Assembly: GCA_010909165.1 (NCBI GenBank)
Contig: VJWM01000186.1
Location: 1-64,000, forward strand
Direction of reading: 5' to 3'
DNA: 64,000 nucleotides
From: Anthoceros angustus
Taxonomy: Eukaryota > Plantae > Anthocerotophyta
Part shown: positions 25,376 to 39,800 of the stretch, in pieces
Layout: every line of letters begins with the position of its first letter
How positions within the stretch are numbered: the stretch's first letter is position 1
Notes under the pieces: model-generated
What the model was told of the DNA's origin: nothing
What the model saw: the letters and a program-made list of their open reading frames with translations, nothing else
Databases searched by the model: none
Translations under genes and position numbers: made by a program

Positions 25376-25919
25376 TGCTAGCCACTACTATCTCCCTTAT
25401 TCGCTATCGATGCCGTCGGGCGTGGGGCTGAGTTGCCCTGGTTCCACCTTGGGTGGCCCAAGCCCTAGCCCTCGATGTGGAACGTAAAGTTTGGGCAACA
25501 TTCCAAACGAGCCGAGGATGAGGGTCGATTTTTCTTGGTGAAAACAATTGAAGAGGGACATGTTGGGAATTTTCCGAGAAGCTTGGAGTCGAGTTGTAGG
25601 ATATTGTTAGGAAGGCAGAGAGGATATCGGGAAAAGAACGGGTCAAAATGACCCCAGACGAGTGTAGGCACCGAAAGGACGGTAGGTCGCCACACTACTG
25701 AGGTGAGCAAAAGAGTAGACTACCGCAGAGGCTAGCAGACTACGGGTAGGTCGAGCGACTCGGCCTAAACGGAAATTAGAATAAAGGGGATATCCACTAT
25801 ATATGCCTACCAATGGGGAAATAGATAAATAAGATTAATTAGAAGGTCCTTAGTTAGGGTAGCGGATAGGATAGGAAAATAGGCGGTTTAGGATTAGGTA
25901 TTTTAGAATGATCAACCCA

Positions 25920-27103
25920 ATCTAGGGTTGTGAAGCCTCAGTGGCGGTCATCCAAGGAGGGCAAAGTGCGCTTTGAAGCGCCAACTTCTTCGAGGAACGC
26001 CCACACTTCGTGAAGGACTGACTAGAGTCGGAGTAAGCCAAGGAGAAGGAAAAGAGTGACATCGCCATCGCTATCGCCGCCCAACTCGCGAACGAGAGGA
26101 AAGTGCCGAGAAAAGAGAAAGCCCTAATCGAGGCGGAGAAGAGGAAGGCATCCAACATCCCGGATTGTGGGAAGTTTTCTTTGAGTTCTGCAATCAGGAG
26201 AGCCAAGCCGGAGTGCCGGAAGTGAGCTCAAGACGGAGGCAGGTTGGAGCACCGAAAGCGTGAGGACCGGAGGTCGAAGAGCAGGAAGGAGCCCCACGGT
26301 TGCTTCACCGCGCGCCCGGAGGAGAAATTTAGAGGGGAATTGGCACTGAGGGCTCAAGCCGTGGCTAATGTGTACTTGTGCCTCAGTTGGATGTCGTTGC
26401 GGACAAGGAAGGAGGTTTGGGAGTGAAGCTTTGGAGCCCTCAACGCTTGGAATTGGGGAGTAATTTCTTCCTTAGAAGCGCTTGAGAGTGAAAAGGCGCC
26501 ATGCCTCGGCTGGAAAAGGCAAGGGAAGGAACCGCTAAGGGTTCCTCCTCACGAGGAGGAAAAGGAAAGAAGGCAGCAGCGAGGCTACCGCCAAGAGGGG
26601 TGAAGTCGAGATGCCCCAATTATTGTTTCAGGGCTCAACCCCGATTTGGTCGATTAAGAATGGGCGTAAGAAGACAACATCCAATTGGGATGGGTGTATG
26701 GCGCCAATGGGCCTACACCAATTTGGAGTTGATTGAGGAGTGTTACATCAACCTCCATCAATCAACCTTGCCACAGCAGAGGGAATGCTTGATCCACGCT
26801 GCTGGACGGTCGACCACAAGTGTATGGAAGGCGGAGGAGGAGAGCTCAGAATTGCTCTCGAGAGGACAAATGGAGGGAAGAGGATTGCCCTCTCGAGATT
26901 CCGCAGAGGTCCTCGATATGATGGATGGAGGAGTGAAGGCCCATGCCAAGAATGGATGGAAGGCGGATAGTATCAAGGAGCTGAAATGGAGGCTCTTTGC
27001 AAAGATTGTGTTGGGGTTGGTGAATTACCAGCGGACTTCTTACTTTGGCACCAACTGCAATTTTTGTGGAAGATTTCGAGGAGCCAAGCCGCATTGGGAC
27101 AAT
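25920..27103 (+). pseudogene. TE accessory ORF (family Y-related), basic N-terminus plus DWG-type domain, truncated
   Basis: ORF 26501-27112 ends GWKADSIKELKWRLFAKIVLGLVNYQRTSYFG...GAKPHWD. It reads away from the AT-rich LTR-like block at 25381-25920. Confidence 0.55.
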
Positions 27104-29723
27104 TCTTCATAATCCTCAAGCCATACTCCATGCTCACACTTGCTTTGTAAGCATCTCGCCCAAGGCCAGCTCACCGGTCTTGACATGGAGAGCCACATTC
27201 TCCGTCCTCTCATTCCGCAGCGGATCAATCTCTTGTAGGCATAATCCCGAAATCTGCCTCCTCACCGCCAACATATCCGCCACCATGACGGCCTTTCTCC
27301 TTTGCCATTTTCTTCCTCCAACTCCCTATCCTCCTAGGGAGTTGTGCACTCTGCTGTCTGGACTTCTCGCTCCATTTCCAATCTTTGGACAAAATGTGTC
27401 CGCTCTTCCAGCTCTTCTTCCTTCAATTCCAGCCTCGTGGATTTCTCCCAGCTCCTTTTCCATGTCACTAATCTTCACATGTGGCTATGACCCGCTCATG
27501 TGCGCCTACTTGCCTTTGTGCCCTCATTTGCTGCGAGATTGCTCTGCCTTGACCTTTCCTCCATTAGCAGCACTTGCTTGTCTTCCGCCTTCTTTTCCCA
27601 TGTGCGCACCATGTGAGCAAGTTGCTCCACCTTCTCCTCTCGAGCTGCCAATTGCTTGGTAAGAGCCTTGTTCTCCGAATGATGGTTGTTGCCTCGACTC
27701 TTTTCCAAGTGCTCCACTTGAGCCCATCCTCATAACATCCTCCAGCCCGCCACCGCAATTTCCCTTGCTTGGTAGGTCCTTGTCTTCTCCCGCCTTCAAG
27801 AATTCAACTCTCCTCTTGGCGATCTACTTTGAACATCTCCCTATGCGCAGCATCTCCTCCAACATGTCTAAGTCTCCTTTCTTACCTCCGGGAGACTCAA
27901 GGCCTTTGCCTTGCTCATGGGATCTTACATCCCTTGCTTCCCTATGATGAGCTCCCGCTCATCACTTGGGGCAACCTCCCACCGTGACTCCATCCGCCGC
28001 CCACCTAACGGGCCGGTTGCCTTCTTATCTCGCTTGGGAGCTTCCAAACCGTGACTTCCTTTCCTCCTACCGTGGTAGGAGGTGCTCCTACCACCGTGAC
28101 TACTTCCTACCGTGGTAGGACTAATTCCGCCAGTAGGCCTTGTCATGAGAGGACGAAGGGGTCCCAAACCACCGTGGGAACACCTCCCACCTCGCAGCGG
28201 GATTCCCCGCCATGGTAGGATCTATCCTACCTTCCATCTCCGCATCCTCCGTGGTCCAAACTTCAAATCCCCTACAACTTCTCCTTGCAAGTCCTCCTGC
28301 ACATCCTCCGGCCTATCTTTCTGAGGGATTCCTTCCAGAATAATGTCCGTGTGCCGCTGCACCTCCTTTAGCGCAAAGCACCAAGCACTCCTGTCCCTCT
28401 CCGGGTGTAAGTACACAATGTTAAAGGGATGCTTGGAATCATCCAACTCCTTACTTGTGAGTAGCCCTCTACTTCCCACAAATGCACTAGATAAGTGCTA
28501 AGATAGCATGCCTTGACCTCTTCATCCGACGCTTGGGTTTTTGAACTTCTCCGGTAGGTGTATGCTTCATACATGATGAGCCCCCAATCCGCTTCGCTCC
28601 TTGAGTGATCTTCCATAGAAAATGGAGGAAGGTAGTGCTGAAATATGACACCCTTGGATTGCTCACCAAGCCCAAAACAATTCTTGTGAACAATCTCCAC
28701 TTGGGCTCCAAGATTTGGTCCGTCTCCAACCGTTCTTGGACTTAGCCTTCATGCCCCTTGCATAAGTGTAAGGGCTCCTTGGGAAGATCCGCCGTTGATG
28801 CACGCTTGCCTCACTCGTTCCTTCCATCAACGTGATTCCGCTATCCTCGCTATCCGCCCGCCATATACCGGCGTATGCTCCTTACGCCCAACACCGTGGA
28901 TCCGTCATGCTTTCTATCCTAAGGCAGCCAATTCTTCTTCCTGCAAATTAGCAAAACACTCTCTATCAATTCAAGGTTGGTGTAAGACCAATGTCGCCCA
29001 TACACCCACTCTAGCTGAATATTCTCCTCTGCTGCCCAAGGTCGAAAGTCCGAAAGGTCTCTAGAGGATAGCTGGCGCGTAAATAAGGGCATGTCAAATT
29101 TCCACCGGTCCGATCCTCCCGCCTTAGACCTCTTGCTGCCTCGCCACCTCCCTTGGTGGACGCCCTTCCTTGGCTACTACCTCCTTGCCCTTGGTCATGG
29201 TAGGCTTGGTCATGGCCTCCTTGGTTAGTACTTGCACGAAATTGAAGAAAAGTGATGCCTCTGCACCCGCAGCCGCCGCCTTCTATCCTTGCAAACGCTT
29301 TCTCCTCCTCGGATTTGCTCTTGCTCACCTCAAAGGTCCTTGCCCTTGCTCTCCTCAGTCCTTACACCTTGGCGTCAAACCCCGATTTTTCCCGCAAGAG
29401 AAAGCTCAACAAAATTCTCCCGGACTCTTACACTGCCACAGCAATTTAGGAGCCCTTCCACGGTTTCCTAGCAATCTTGCCACGCTCCACCCTCCTAGGC
29501 ACCCTCACGAGCTTGGCAAGTGTTGCGCCCAACCTTCTTCTCCTTCTTCTTCCTCTTTTCCTCCTTCTTCCTCTCTTGGGCGCGCGGATTTCCGCCTCCT
29601 TGCGAGCTTGCGCCTCCTTCTCCTCAACAGGCGTGTACGGGCGCTGCTGTATGGGGCCTTGGGAAGCTTGAGGTGTGGCGGCGCCCGCCGTGAGGCCGCC
29701 TCAAGTTTCGAGTTGTGGCCTCC
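27104..29723 (-). pseudogene. TE accessory ORF family Y: DWG domain plus long coiled coil, frameshifted
   Basis: WRLFTRIVLGLVSNPRVSYFSTTFLHFLWKITQG (28487-28729), DWGLIMYEAY (28368-28700), coiled coil ENKALTKQLAAREEKVEQL (27496-27717). Reverse-complement paralogue of 45905-47700. Confidence 0.6.
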
Positions 29724-29974
29724 ACAAAGGGTGGAAGCGAGGTGGAGGTCTCCGTGGGAGGATTTGTCAGATCAGCGGCGAGGGAGGAGGGCTCGTGGAG
29801 GTGACAGCAGAGGACGGAGGGCCAGGCGACCAAGTCGGAGGAGGGCGCGAAGATAACGTAGGCAAAGAGTAGTGGCATCCTAGGAATAGAACCTTGGATA
29901 GGGTGCCATCCTGGACCTAAGATCGTTCGAAATTGTAGGGGCGCGATAAGGAATCAAATCCAACAATTATCAAC

Positions 29975-30812
29975 AACAATTATGGAGATAGTGTCAAGGA
30001 GAAGGATAGATTCAATGGTAAAGATTTTGACATTTGGTGCCTCAGAATGCGTGGAGTTCTACGCAATCCTGACTTATGGGACATCGTCAATGGAAATCTT
30101 ACGCGCCCCAATTGAGGCACTCATGAAACAAAACGTTCCTAGGATTCTAAAGACGAGCGAGCACAAGACACATTGATTCGTGGGCTTTCACAATATATGG
30201 TAAGACAAATATCTGAGGCAAAATCTTCAAGGGATATGTGGAACCAACTTGTTCAATTGTATTCGTCCAAGGATGTCATGAGCTTGATTACAGCCAATCG
30301 TAATTTCCACAACCTCAGAATGAAGGAATCGGATACTATTGAGCATCACATCAGTGCTTTTCGCATGGCCAGATCTCAACTTGAAGCTGCATCGAGTCAC
30401 AAACTTTCAGAGTTTAGAATGTTTTGTTACCCTCCTATCTTCCTTCCTATCCTCCTATAGACCTTTCGTTACAACTCAAAACACTATTCTAAGAAGTGCT
30501 CAAAGACAAATGGGCGAAGGCGTCGACGAATCAGACTTGAATATCAGTCTTACTGAGTTGATTGGAGCACTTATCCAGGAGGAGTCTAGCTGAAGACAAG
30601 ATTCCCGATCTAGCAGATAGCAAGTGATGTATGCAAGACATGGCAGATATGCCAGAGAGCGAGGCGGAGGTTGTGGCAAAGGACCAGTACCCACACACTC
30701 TGCCAATCCTATTGAACGTACTTTCGTTGGTGAAAGTTCATCTACTCAAACACTTGCAAGAGGTAACAAGAAGAGTGGAATTATTTGCAATTGGTGCAGG
30801 ATCCCAAATCGA
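29975..30812 (+). pseudogene. gag: Ty1/Copia gag fragment
   Basis: KEKDRFNGKDFDIW...; AKSSRDMWNQLVQLY...LRMKESDTIEHHISAF (30173-30460); ends at a truncated knuckle ICNWC. Confidence 0.85.
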
Positions 30813-33800
30813 CGAGGGGGAGGAATGACCCCACCCTACCGGGGTAGGGCGTATCATCATGCAGGTCCGGCACTCTGAGGGTAGGCGGGCACCTCGGTAG
30901 GGGAACGAGGAAAAGCTGAATGAGGAGGAATGGTCTACGTTCCGCCGATATCAGTGCCAAGTGGCGGCAATGCCGGAGGAAGAGTTGAAGGCTCACCCAA
31001 CATTCGAGGGAGAAGGGAGCCGAGACATTGTGGAGCCGCGGGTATGGAGTCCCACCCGATGGATGGACATGGATTCGGAAGTTTACCAATAAGGTCGGAA
31101 TCAACTAGCCAGGCTGTAAACGGGAGGAAACCTTGTCGATAAAATCTTGATTTGACACATTGCTGATCACAGTGGTCAACTTGAGGCAGCCATGAAGTCA
31201 AGGTCCCAAGATTGTAAAGGAAGCGATGGGGCATCCACGAGGCTATGGGGACGAGACGGCGTGGAGGTGAACGTGGGTAACTTGTTGATTTGGGGCACCC
31301 GAGATTGAGGTTGAGATTGGATGTTTGGTGCCCAATGTGCCATTGATTCGGGATCGAGTCAACTTGATGACTGAGAAACGACTCATCAACTTGGGTTCAC
31401 CAAGTTTCATCCGTCCGAGTATTTTTGCGGATACCGACCAAACAAGGAGGAAGCCACCGAGTGAAGCGGAATGCCCAACCTGTGATTGAGGTCCTGCCTT
31501 CCACCTCACCTACATTGTTATGAGGCCCGTGTCGGATTTAGGCTATAAGGTTTTGATAGGCGACCTTGGCTTATGGTACCTCTTGTGTCTTTGATTTCGT
31601 GAGTGGCGTCACCTTCAAGTAGGGAGGGACTGCGAGGTGGCTAGTCGTGTCATGGAGCAAGGCACCATGAGGAGGGGAGTCCGCGCCGGTCCGATGGGTA
31701 CACCTCGGGAAATGCGGGTAAGCTCCTCCAAGGACAGCCAGACCCTCGGTTGAGGTCGGTGAAATAAAGAGTGATTTGGTGCATTCACGCTGTATGTAGA
31801 AGATGTCGTAGAAGAGTCAAGGATGAGGCACATAGGGAAGGAGTAGCCTTTTGGAGGGGTAAGGCCTATGATCGTGATTTTCCGAGGAGGGATCCGGAAC
31901 TAGTGCGGTCAGGAGGGACATATGTAGACCCCGACAGTAGAAGACTTGGAGTTAGAACCTAGCAAGATAGTCAAGGTTTCTAAGCATCTAGGATAGAGAA
32001 AGAGGAGTTTTGTAGTGTGCTTAGGGAGTATGTCGATGTGTTTGCCTTCAAGATTCTTGTGGCGCGACTTCGATAGCGGCATAATCCCGTGTTGTTGTAC
32101 TAAGGGTCCGCTCCCAAGAGAATGATGGGCTCCGTTGTCGCCGATCGCGACTGTTTCGGACTCAAAACACATACGTTTATCGCTTCCATGCTATTACCCG
32201 TGATGTCCACCGAGCAGGGCTTGAGGAAACGTTTAAGACCTGCTTTGCGTCCGTATCATTCCATCGTCTCTCATACTTCTAGTCTGTCCTCTTACCACTC
32301 TCGTTACACTCATCTAAAATCACTCACGCCAAAATCTCCACATCTCGCGACACTCAACGTCCTTGAAAAAATGGGCGGGCTGTGGTCGGACCTCTCTCCG
32401 TCATTCACTGGGCCTCTCCATCCGGCTCTACACGCCTCCCGGAGTTCCTCCGCTCACCTGCCCGGCCCGCCAACGTTATTCGCTCGCGACGAGCAAGGGT
32501 CCCCTTGCCGTCGTCTGCACACCATATGTTAGGTCCGTCACGGGACCCGGATCCTCTCCGAGCGCCGTGCCTCCCGGTGACTCAGACTCACGTTAGCGAA
32601 GACGACAAGGGTCCGTAAGGAAGCCAGGCATCAACACCAAGAAAAGATCCTTTACTAGAGCAAACTCAGCCCTCTTATACTACGCCCAAGGTTGGCATCT
32701 TTATTACACTCCTATTCTCGAAAGGCTACCAAGGCTATGTTTATTTTGCGAGGAGCAAAAAACAGACTTTGTAAAAATGATTCAACAAAAGTGTGTTGAA
32801 CAAATACATATGGCCTCACTATATATGTAACTCAAAACAGGTTCACATGACCAACCCTAACTAGCCGCACCCTTTTATATTTAACACTCCCTCTAAAGGT
32901 AAGCTAGGTTAGGTTAAACGCGTTCACACCGCCTGAAAACCACGCCCGACTTCACGCTGTACCGTGACGCAAGCCTAGCGTAAACTCCCGCCGCCATAAG
33001 AATCCTCCACCATCCTCTTTACCATTTGCATGCTTCGTTATGCCTCTTCATCTCGAGCACTACTCCACGCAGAGCAATCGAAAGCATGAGAACTCGAAGG
33101 GAACGAGCTACGAGTGCCACAAGTGTATCGAGAAGGAAAAGGAAGGAGAATCCATGAGAGGATTCGATCACGCATAATCACCACCAGGGACACCATGTCC
33201 CACACTGGAATGAAATTGGTAGTGTGTCAATCGCTACGCCTAAACATGGTCCTTTGCCGGGTCGAGGCGAAGGACGGAGGAGCAAGAGCATCAACGGGAT
33301 GCGCTACTCCATACATGCGCCCCAATCTTGGCCGCCAAGCTAAAGATGGCCATGGAAAGAATAATGAGTGGAGCTTATCTTTGGCGGCACCACCGCCGGG
33401 TGACAAAGAGGATGTGAAGCGCTATATGAGAGAAGTATCGCGTTGCTGTGAGATTAGGTCTTAAGGTAAGCTTCATCCTCCTCGCAAGGCGTCCATCTCC
33501 CTCTTCGTTTCACTAACGAAATGTGTGGTGTCGCACTCTGTGTTCCTCCAAGGAAGACCGAGGCACAACACACCCAAGGGAACCTTCGGGTTCCCACCCC
33601 ACCCCACCAGATTAAGTTATCCGAAATACTTGGTATAGCCCGTGCCTAGCCACGAAAGATGTTGGTAGTTTATGCTTTGCCAATCCTTTCGTTAGCACGG
33701 ACGTTAGAATTGTGTGCACATAACCCACCTTCACGACTCCACGCTCCACTACATCTCTAATGTAGTGATGTTGAATTTCTATATGCTTAGTGCGGAAGCG

Positions 33801-36800
33801 CGTGGATTAGCGACAAGGGCTATGTTATCACACATGATAGGTGTCTGGTCTGTCGAGGTCATGAAGGAAGGTCCTTTCCCATTCACCTCCTTTGAAGCTC
33901 AATGATTTGTACGCTCATGGAAGATGGCTATGGAAGATTGCTTTACACTTCACCAAAATAAAGAAGGAAGATAATCAGTGAAGGGTGAGTGTCTCCTCCG
34001 ATAGAAGAGTCCATAATTGTGGGTTCCTTTGAGATAGCGGAAAATGGCTGACAAGAGCCAATGTGTTCTTCCCGGATTCTCGAAATTGTGATACTATGCT
34101 TACATCGGATATCCGCCTTGTCCTTCGCTAAGAAGATTAGATCCAATCGATGTCTCAGGGGACATCCTTCATGTCCTTAATTTCTTCCCGGGATTGTGGG
34201 CACCGGAGACTGGTAAGTTTCACATAGCGAAAGGAGTAGTCGAGGGTCTAGCTGTTTGAACTTGCGCAAAATGTCATTGATATATTTATGGTGAACTATC
34301 GAGCCCTTCCTCTCGCCTTAAGATTTGAACTCCCAACAGATTTAAGTTCTCTGTCTTTCATCTCGAACTTGGTACTTAGCTTATGCTTAACATCGCCTTA
34401 GAGTGTTCTTGTTAGGCAAGAATGACATCGTCAACATATAGGGCTAATATGACGGCCGCTCGATCGAGTCGGTAAACATTAGAGTCTGCTTTGGACAAAG
34501 GATATCGAGGTGAAATATGCATAGTGATATACCATATTCGCCACTTTGTTTTAGTCCATATATACACTTGAGCAATTTAAGCACTTTGGTGGGATGTTCG
34601 GGATCTTCATATCCTTCAGTGTGCCATATACAGTCTTCATCCAGGTCTCCATAGAGGAAGGCTGCACACATCCATTTGTCAGAAGTCAAGGTTCAACTCT
34701 GAGCCGCAGATGCGAATGGATTGTGCTCGAACAAGGTGAGAATGTTTCTGGTAATCTAGGCCCTCAACTGGTAAATCCTCTTGCCACCGTGGCTTTGTAT
34801 CCGCAATCTCCCTTTGGAGTTTAAGTTTAAAAACCCACTTACAAGAGATGGCTTTGCGTCCGGTGGGAGGTCGATTTGCCGTCTTGTTCTTGAGCAAAGA
34901 TTGGTATTCATCCTCCACCGCACCGCCACTTGGAGCAACTGGGCCATGGAGGGCTTCCTTGTATGATAGGGGTTCCTCGGAGGATATTCGTATAGCACCA
35001 AAAGCCAAGATGTCAAAAATCGATGGATTGATAATAGGGTTCTAACCATCGGTCCGAGGTGGCCTATGGCGTGTGGAGCGTCAGAGGGTGGTTCAGAGCG
35101 AGTCCTCGAATGCCGAACGGTCCGGTGACATCCTCCTCATCACCGAATTTGAACTATCATTTGCGGTGAGATCATCTGTTGGTTCACCCGGGTCACTGTA
35201 GGGTGAGGGGCAACAATGGGGAGCCTCATGAGTCATCTACATCTGCAGATGGAAGGTTAGGGGTTCTTCACGTCATCCGTAGGGAAGGTGACGATCAAAG
35301 CTTTCATTTGCATCTACTCCCTCTAAAGGGTTAGAGGGTGTGGGTTGGTAGTCGTGTGCAAAGGTTCTACGAAGGTGACACTGCGGCAAGGACTAATGAT
35401 TGAGTGTCGGGTCATAGAGTTTGTACGCTTTCACATGTTCACTGTACCCCACAAAAGTAGGCGTTGGCCCTCTAACTTCTTGCGTTTTCACAGGAATATA
35501 GGCGAAGGCCTTGGATCCAAATACTCGGAGGTGGAGCAAACTAGGCTTTCGATGCGAAAACCTCATAAGGAGTGTCCGGATGTGGTAAGTATCCTGTTAT
35601 ATATATGGTCGTAACAATGCCTCCGCCCAATACTCTTGAGGTAAGTTGGCATGAAGTAGCATCCTCGGTCATTCCAAGTAGCGTCGATTTTCGTCAGCAA
35701 CTCCGCATTCGTTGTCGAGTGTATGGAACAATAAGTTGTCTTTGAATGCCTGTCTTGAAGGTAATCATCAAAGGCATTGTTGACAAATTACATCCCCATT
35801 ATCACTGCGTAGGACTTTAAGTAGGCATCCATTGTCTTTGTGCAAGTGGGAGCCACCGCTTAAAGTGCATGAGAGTGTCGCTGTGTGCATGGGAAAGGTC
35901 CGAGTACCGACTAAAGTCGTCGTGAGGTTAGATAGTAGTGCTCCACCTAGAGATGGCTCGTGGATCTTTCCAGATATCGCATGCACAAGTGCAAGGATGC
36001 TTTGCTCTATGCGCTTTTGGGGAATGGTAGCTCGCTTTGGCAAGGATGCACGACTCACGATGGGAAGATCCTAAAACAAGCGGTAGGGGTTCTCTGTGGC
36101 AACCTATGCGTGACATGTCAATAAGTTTATGCTCATTAGCGTGTCCTAGCCGTACAGAGATGCTAAGCGGGTTGACTTCATATTGACGAAACGAATGACT
36201 TACAGGATGAGGAGAACACCTTCTAACTCAGTAAGTCATGGTCGAGGATACCTCTAAATGCACATGCGCCAAAGGAATTCTTCGTAAAAGCAGAGCATCA
36301 TCGCACGTATCTCATACGCTCGTCGCATGATCTTGCTCATTGAGAGAAGATTCTTGGCCATTTCACAAATAGAACTCCAGCGATCTTCAAAGTTGTGTTG
36401 TCACGAGAATGAAGGTACATTGCCCATGTCCTTCAACTTTAAGGCTAGTGTCACTCCTTTCATCACCAAGCGGACTTTATCCTTCATTCGCACATTGTTA
36501 AACTAGAAAATAAATTCTTGTTGTTGCGATATGAGTGGCTCTGAGTCCAAGAACCAATCATATGGCGTGTGATGAAGTTGTCCTCTGCAGTGAGGATCTT
36601 CACCGTAGCCTTAGAGTTTTCTCCTTTCTCCTTGACAACAACATTCCGACGGGTCTTGTGGATTGTGGTCGTTGTGGCTCACCACCTTTCTTCTTGCGGC
36701 ACTCACGTGCCCAATGTCCAGCGGCACCACACCGATAGCTCGTCCGCTTGGGCACTTGAGGAAGATGGGGCACCATCGACCACCACCGTGTCCTACCCGA

Positions 36801-39800
36801 TTTCTTAAACCGAGCGGTGAGCACCTTGTCGCTTTTGTTTCTAGATCCAGGCAAATAGGCGTCCTTGCTCTTCCGAAAAGGGCACCAATAACTTCAAGCT
36901 TAATGGTGACAGGTTACCAAGCAGAGGATGCTGGTGAGCAATTCGGATGGGTCCATTTGTGTGGAGATAAAGTTTTGGTAGGAGGAGGGCTGCTCAATAG
37001 TTGAGCAATGACCTCTTGTCCATCTTGCAGCCAAGGGCAACTATTTGAGCTCTCGATGGCGGAACTTGGTGACATGAGATGCCACTTTGTCTCCCTCCCT
37101 CATCGCAGCCCATAGAATTCCTGGCGCACATAGGGTAAGAATATTATGTATATGTGGCTGCAAGTTGATTCCAAATCTCAAGCACGGTGAGATACTCGAC
37201 ATCGCACGAGGTCGCATCCGTGCCTCCAATAAGTAGAGCAAGTGCTATTGAGTTCGTTGGTCCCACTTTTGGATGTCATTAATTAAGGGGAGGCGAGGAG
37301 TCGGGTCGTTTCTTAAGTGTAGCATCGACCACGCTCACACCTCGCGCAACGTAGTGGACTTCATTCGAACTTTCCGAGACTTGGTATCTTGTTCCATTGA
37401 ATCGATCCTTTTCTTTGAGTTCGAGGTAAGGATGGTCCCGCAAGATTGGGAGATCGTCCCCGAGCCGAAGCCATGACGAGGTGGTATTCTCGCCCGGATT
37501 GTAAGTTGAGACGACCAAGTTGTGTCGGGTTGATCTATAGACGCTAGGTACATGCGTAATGTGACCTTCCTGTTATGACTCGTGGAAGAGAAAACACTAA
37601 TTACAATGTTACCCGATTGACTTCCTTGCAGGACTTCTAATATTTGATTCGCAGGAAGGAAGTGTTCCAGAAGAGATAACTAAACCGTCGATATGTTGTG
37701 AAGAGGCGCGATCGTAGGTTCGGATCCCGAGGTCCCGAGATGCGGGGGTCGACGCCTTGATGACGCCGAGTGACATGGAGGATGCCAGCGACGCTTCATC
37801 AAGATTGGTGACGCCACCTCCGTCCAGGCCAGCCTCCGCCGCTCTGTGGAAATGGTCAAGATGCAATCACCAGAGGGAGAGATTGCTTGATTTCTCTCCT
37901 CTGTTGGCGCCCAAGCTCAATCTTTTTCATGAGATCAACCACTTCATTGATCCGGTATTTGATTGAGCTTGATGCGCTTATGATTGCTCGTCCCGATGTG
38001 TTATCAAGGTGATCAACTCTGGTCTTAATTTCTTCCGATTTGACAAAGACTTCGATAAGGATCTCTCGACCCTAGTGACGCTTGCAAATAGTCTAGCTCG
38101 CCTTGATCGCCTTGTCATTGGGTGTGACAATCACATGGTAGTTCGACGGAGGAGCCGTGAGGATTTGTTGATCGGTGATAAACAAATCCCCACCCCTCTA
38201 GCATCTTTCTGTCTGCATTGTCAACCATGTGATTCCCTGTAATGGACGTGATCTCGGTCCCGAGAGTGCCTTAGCAAAGTCCTTGACCGATGTAGGGGTA
38301 ATCCTGCTCATGTGTCTAGAATAGTTTCTAGGGGTTATGTGCTTGTGGAGGAGAGATTCCTCCACGCCAGTGCGGCCTCTTCTATACCACTCACGCGGCT
38401 TCGACTCATCATTCAAGGAAGATAGAATCCAAAGTAGCTCGATACCATGTTTATTTTATGAGGAGCGAAAAGCACTTTGTAAAATGATTAAACAAAAGTG
38501 TGTTGAACAAATACATATGGCCTCACTATATATGCAACTCAAAACGGTTCACATGACCAACCCTAACTAGCCGCACTTTTATATTTAACATGCTAGCCAC
38601 TACTATCTCCCTTATTCGCTATCGATGCCGTCGGGCGTGGGGCTGAGTTGCCCTGGTTCCACCTTGGGTGGCCCAAGCCCTAGCCCTCGATGTGGAACGT
38701 AAAGTTTGGGCAACATTCCAAACGAGCCGAGGATGAGGGTCGATTTTTCTTGGTGAAAACAATTGAAGAGGGACATGTTGGGAATTTTCCGAGAAGCTTG
38801 GAGTCGAGTTGTAGGATATTGTTAGGAAGGCAGAGAGGATATCGGGAAAAGAACGGGTCAAAATGACCCCAGACGAGTGTAGGCACCGAAAGGACGGTAG
38901 GTCGCCACACTACTGAGGTGAGCAAAAGAGTAGACTACCGCAGAGGCTAGCAGACTACGGGTAGGTCGAGCGACTCGGCCTAAACGGAAATTAGAATAAA
39001 GGGGATATCCACTATATATGCCTACCAATGGGGAAATAGATAAATAAGATTAATTAGAAGGTCCTTAGTTAGGGTAGCGGATAGGATAGGAAAATAGGCG
39101 GTTTAGGATTAGGTATTTTAGAATGATCAACCCAATCTAGGGTTGTGAAGCCTCAGTGGCGGTCATCCAAGGAGGGCAAAGTGCGCTTTGAAGCGCCAAC
39201 TTCTTCGAGGAACGCCCACACTTCGTGAAGGACTGACTAGAGTCGGAGTAAGCCAAGGAGAAGGAAAAGAGTGACATCGCCATCGCTATCGCCGCCCAAC
39301 TCGCGAACGAGAGGAAAGTGCCGAGAAAAGAGAAAGCCCTAATCGAGGCGGAGAAGAGGAAGGCATCCAACATCCCGGATTGTGGGAAGTTTTCTTTGAG
39401 TTCTGCAATCAGGAGAGCCAAGCCGGAGTGCCGGAAGTGAGCTCAAGACGGAGGCAGGTTGGAGCACCGAAAGCGTGAGGACCGGAGGTCGAAGAGCAGG
39501 AAGGAGCCCCACGGTTGCTTCACCGCGCGCCCGGAGGAGAAATTTAGAGGGGAATTGGCACTGAGGGCTCAAGCCGTGGCTAATGTGTACTTGTGCCTCA
39601 GTTGGATGTCGTTGCGGACAAGGAAGGAGGTTTGGGAGTGAAGCTTTGGAGCCCTCAACGCTTGGAATTGGGGAGTAATTTCTTCCTTAGAAGCGCTTGA
39701 GAGTGAAAAGGCGCCATGCCTCGGCTGGAAAAGGCAAGGGAAGGAACCGCTAAGGGTTCCTCCTCACGAGGAGGAAAAGGAAAGAAGGCAGCAGCGAGGC

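Noticed and set aside
27045-27662. 205-aa and 228-aa hydrophobic-looking plus-strand ORFs (also 29170-29856)
   Set aside because: They are shadows of purine-rich minus-strand accessory ORFs, not real membrane proteins.
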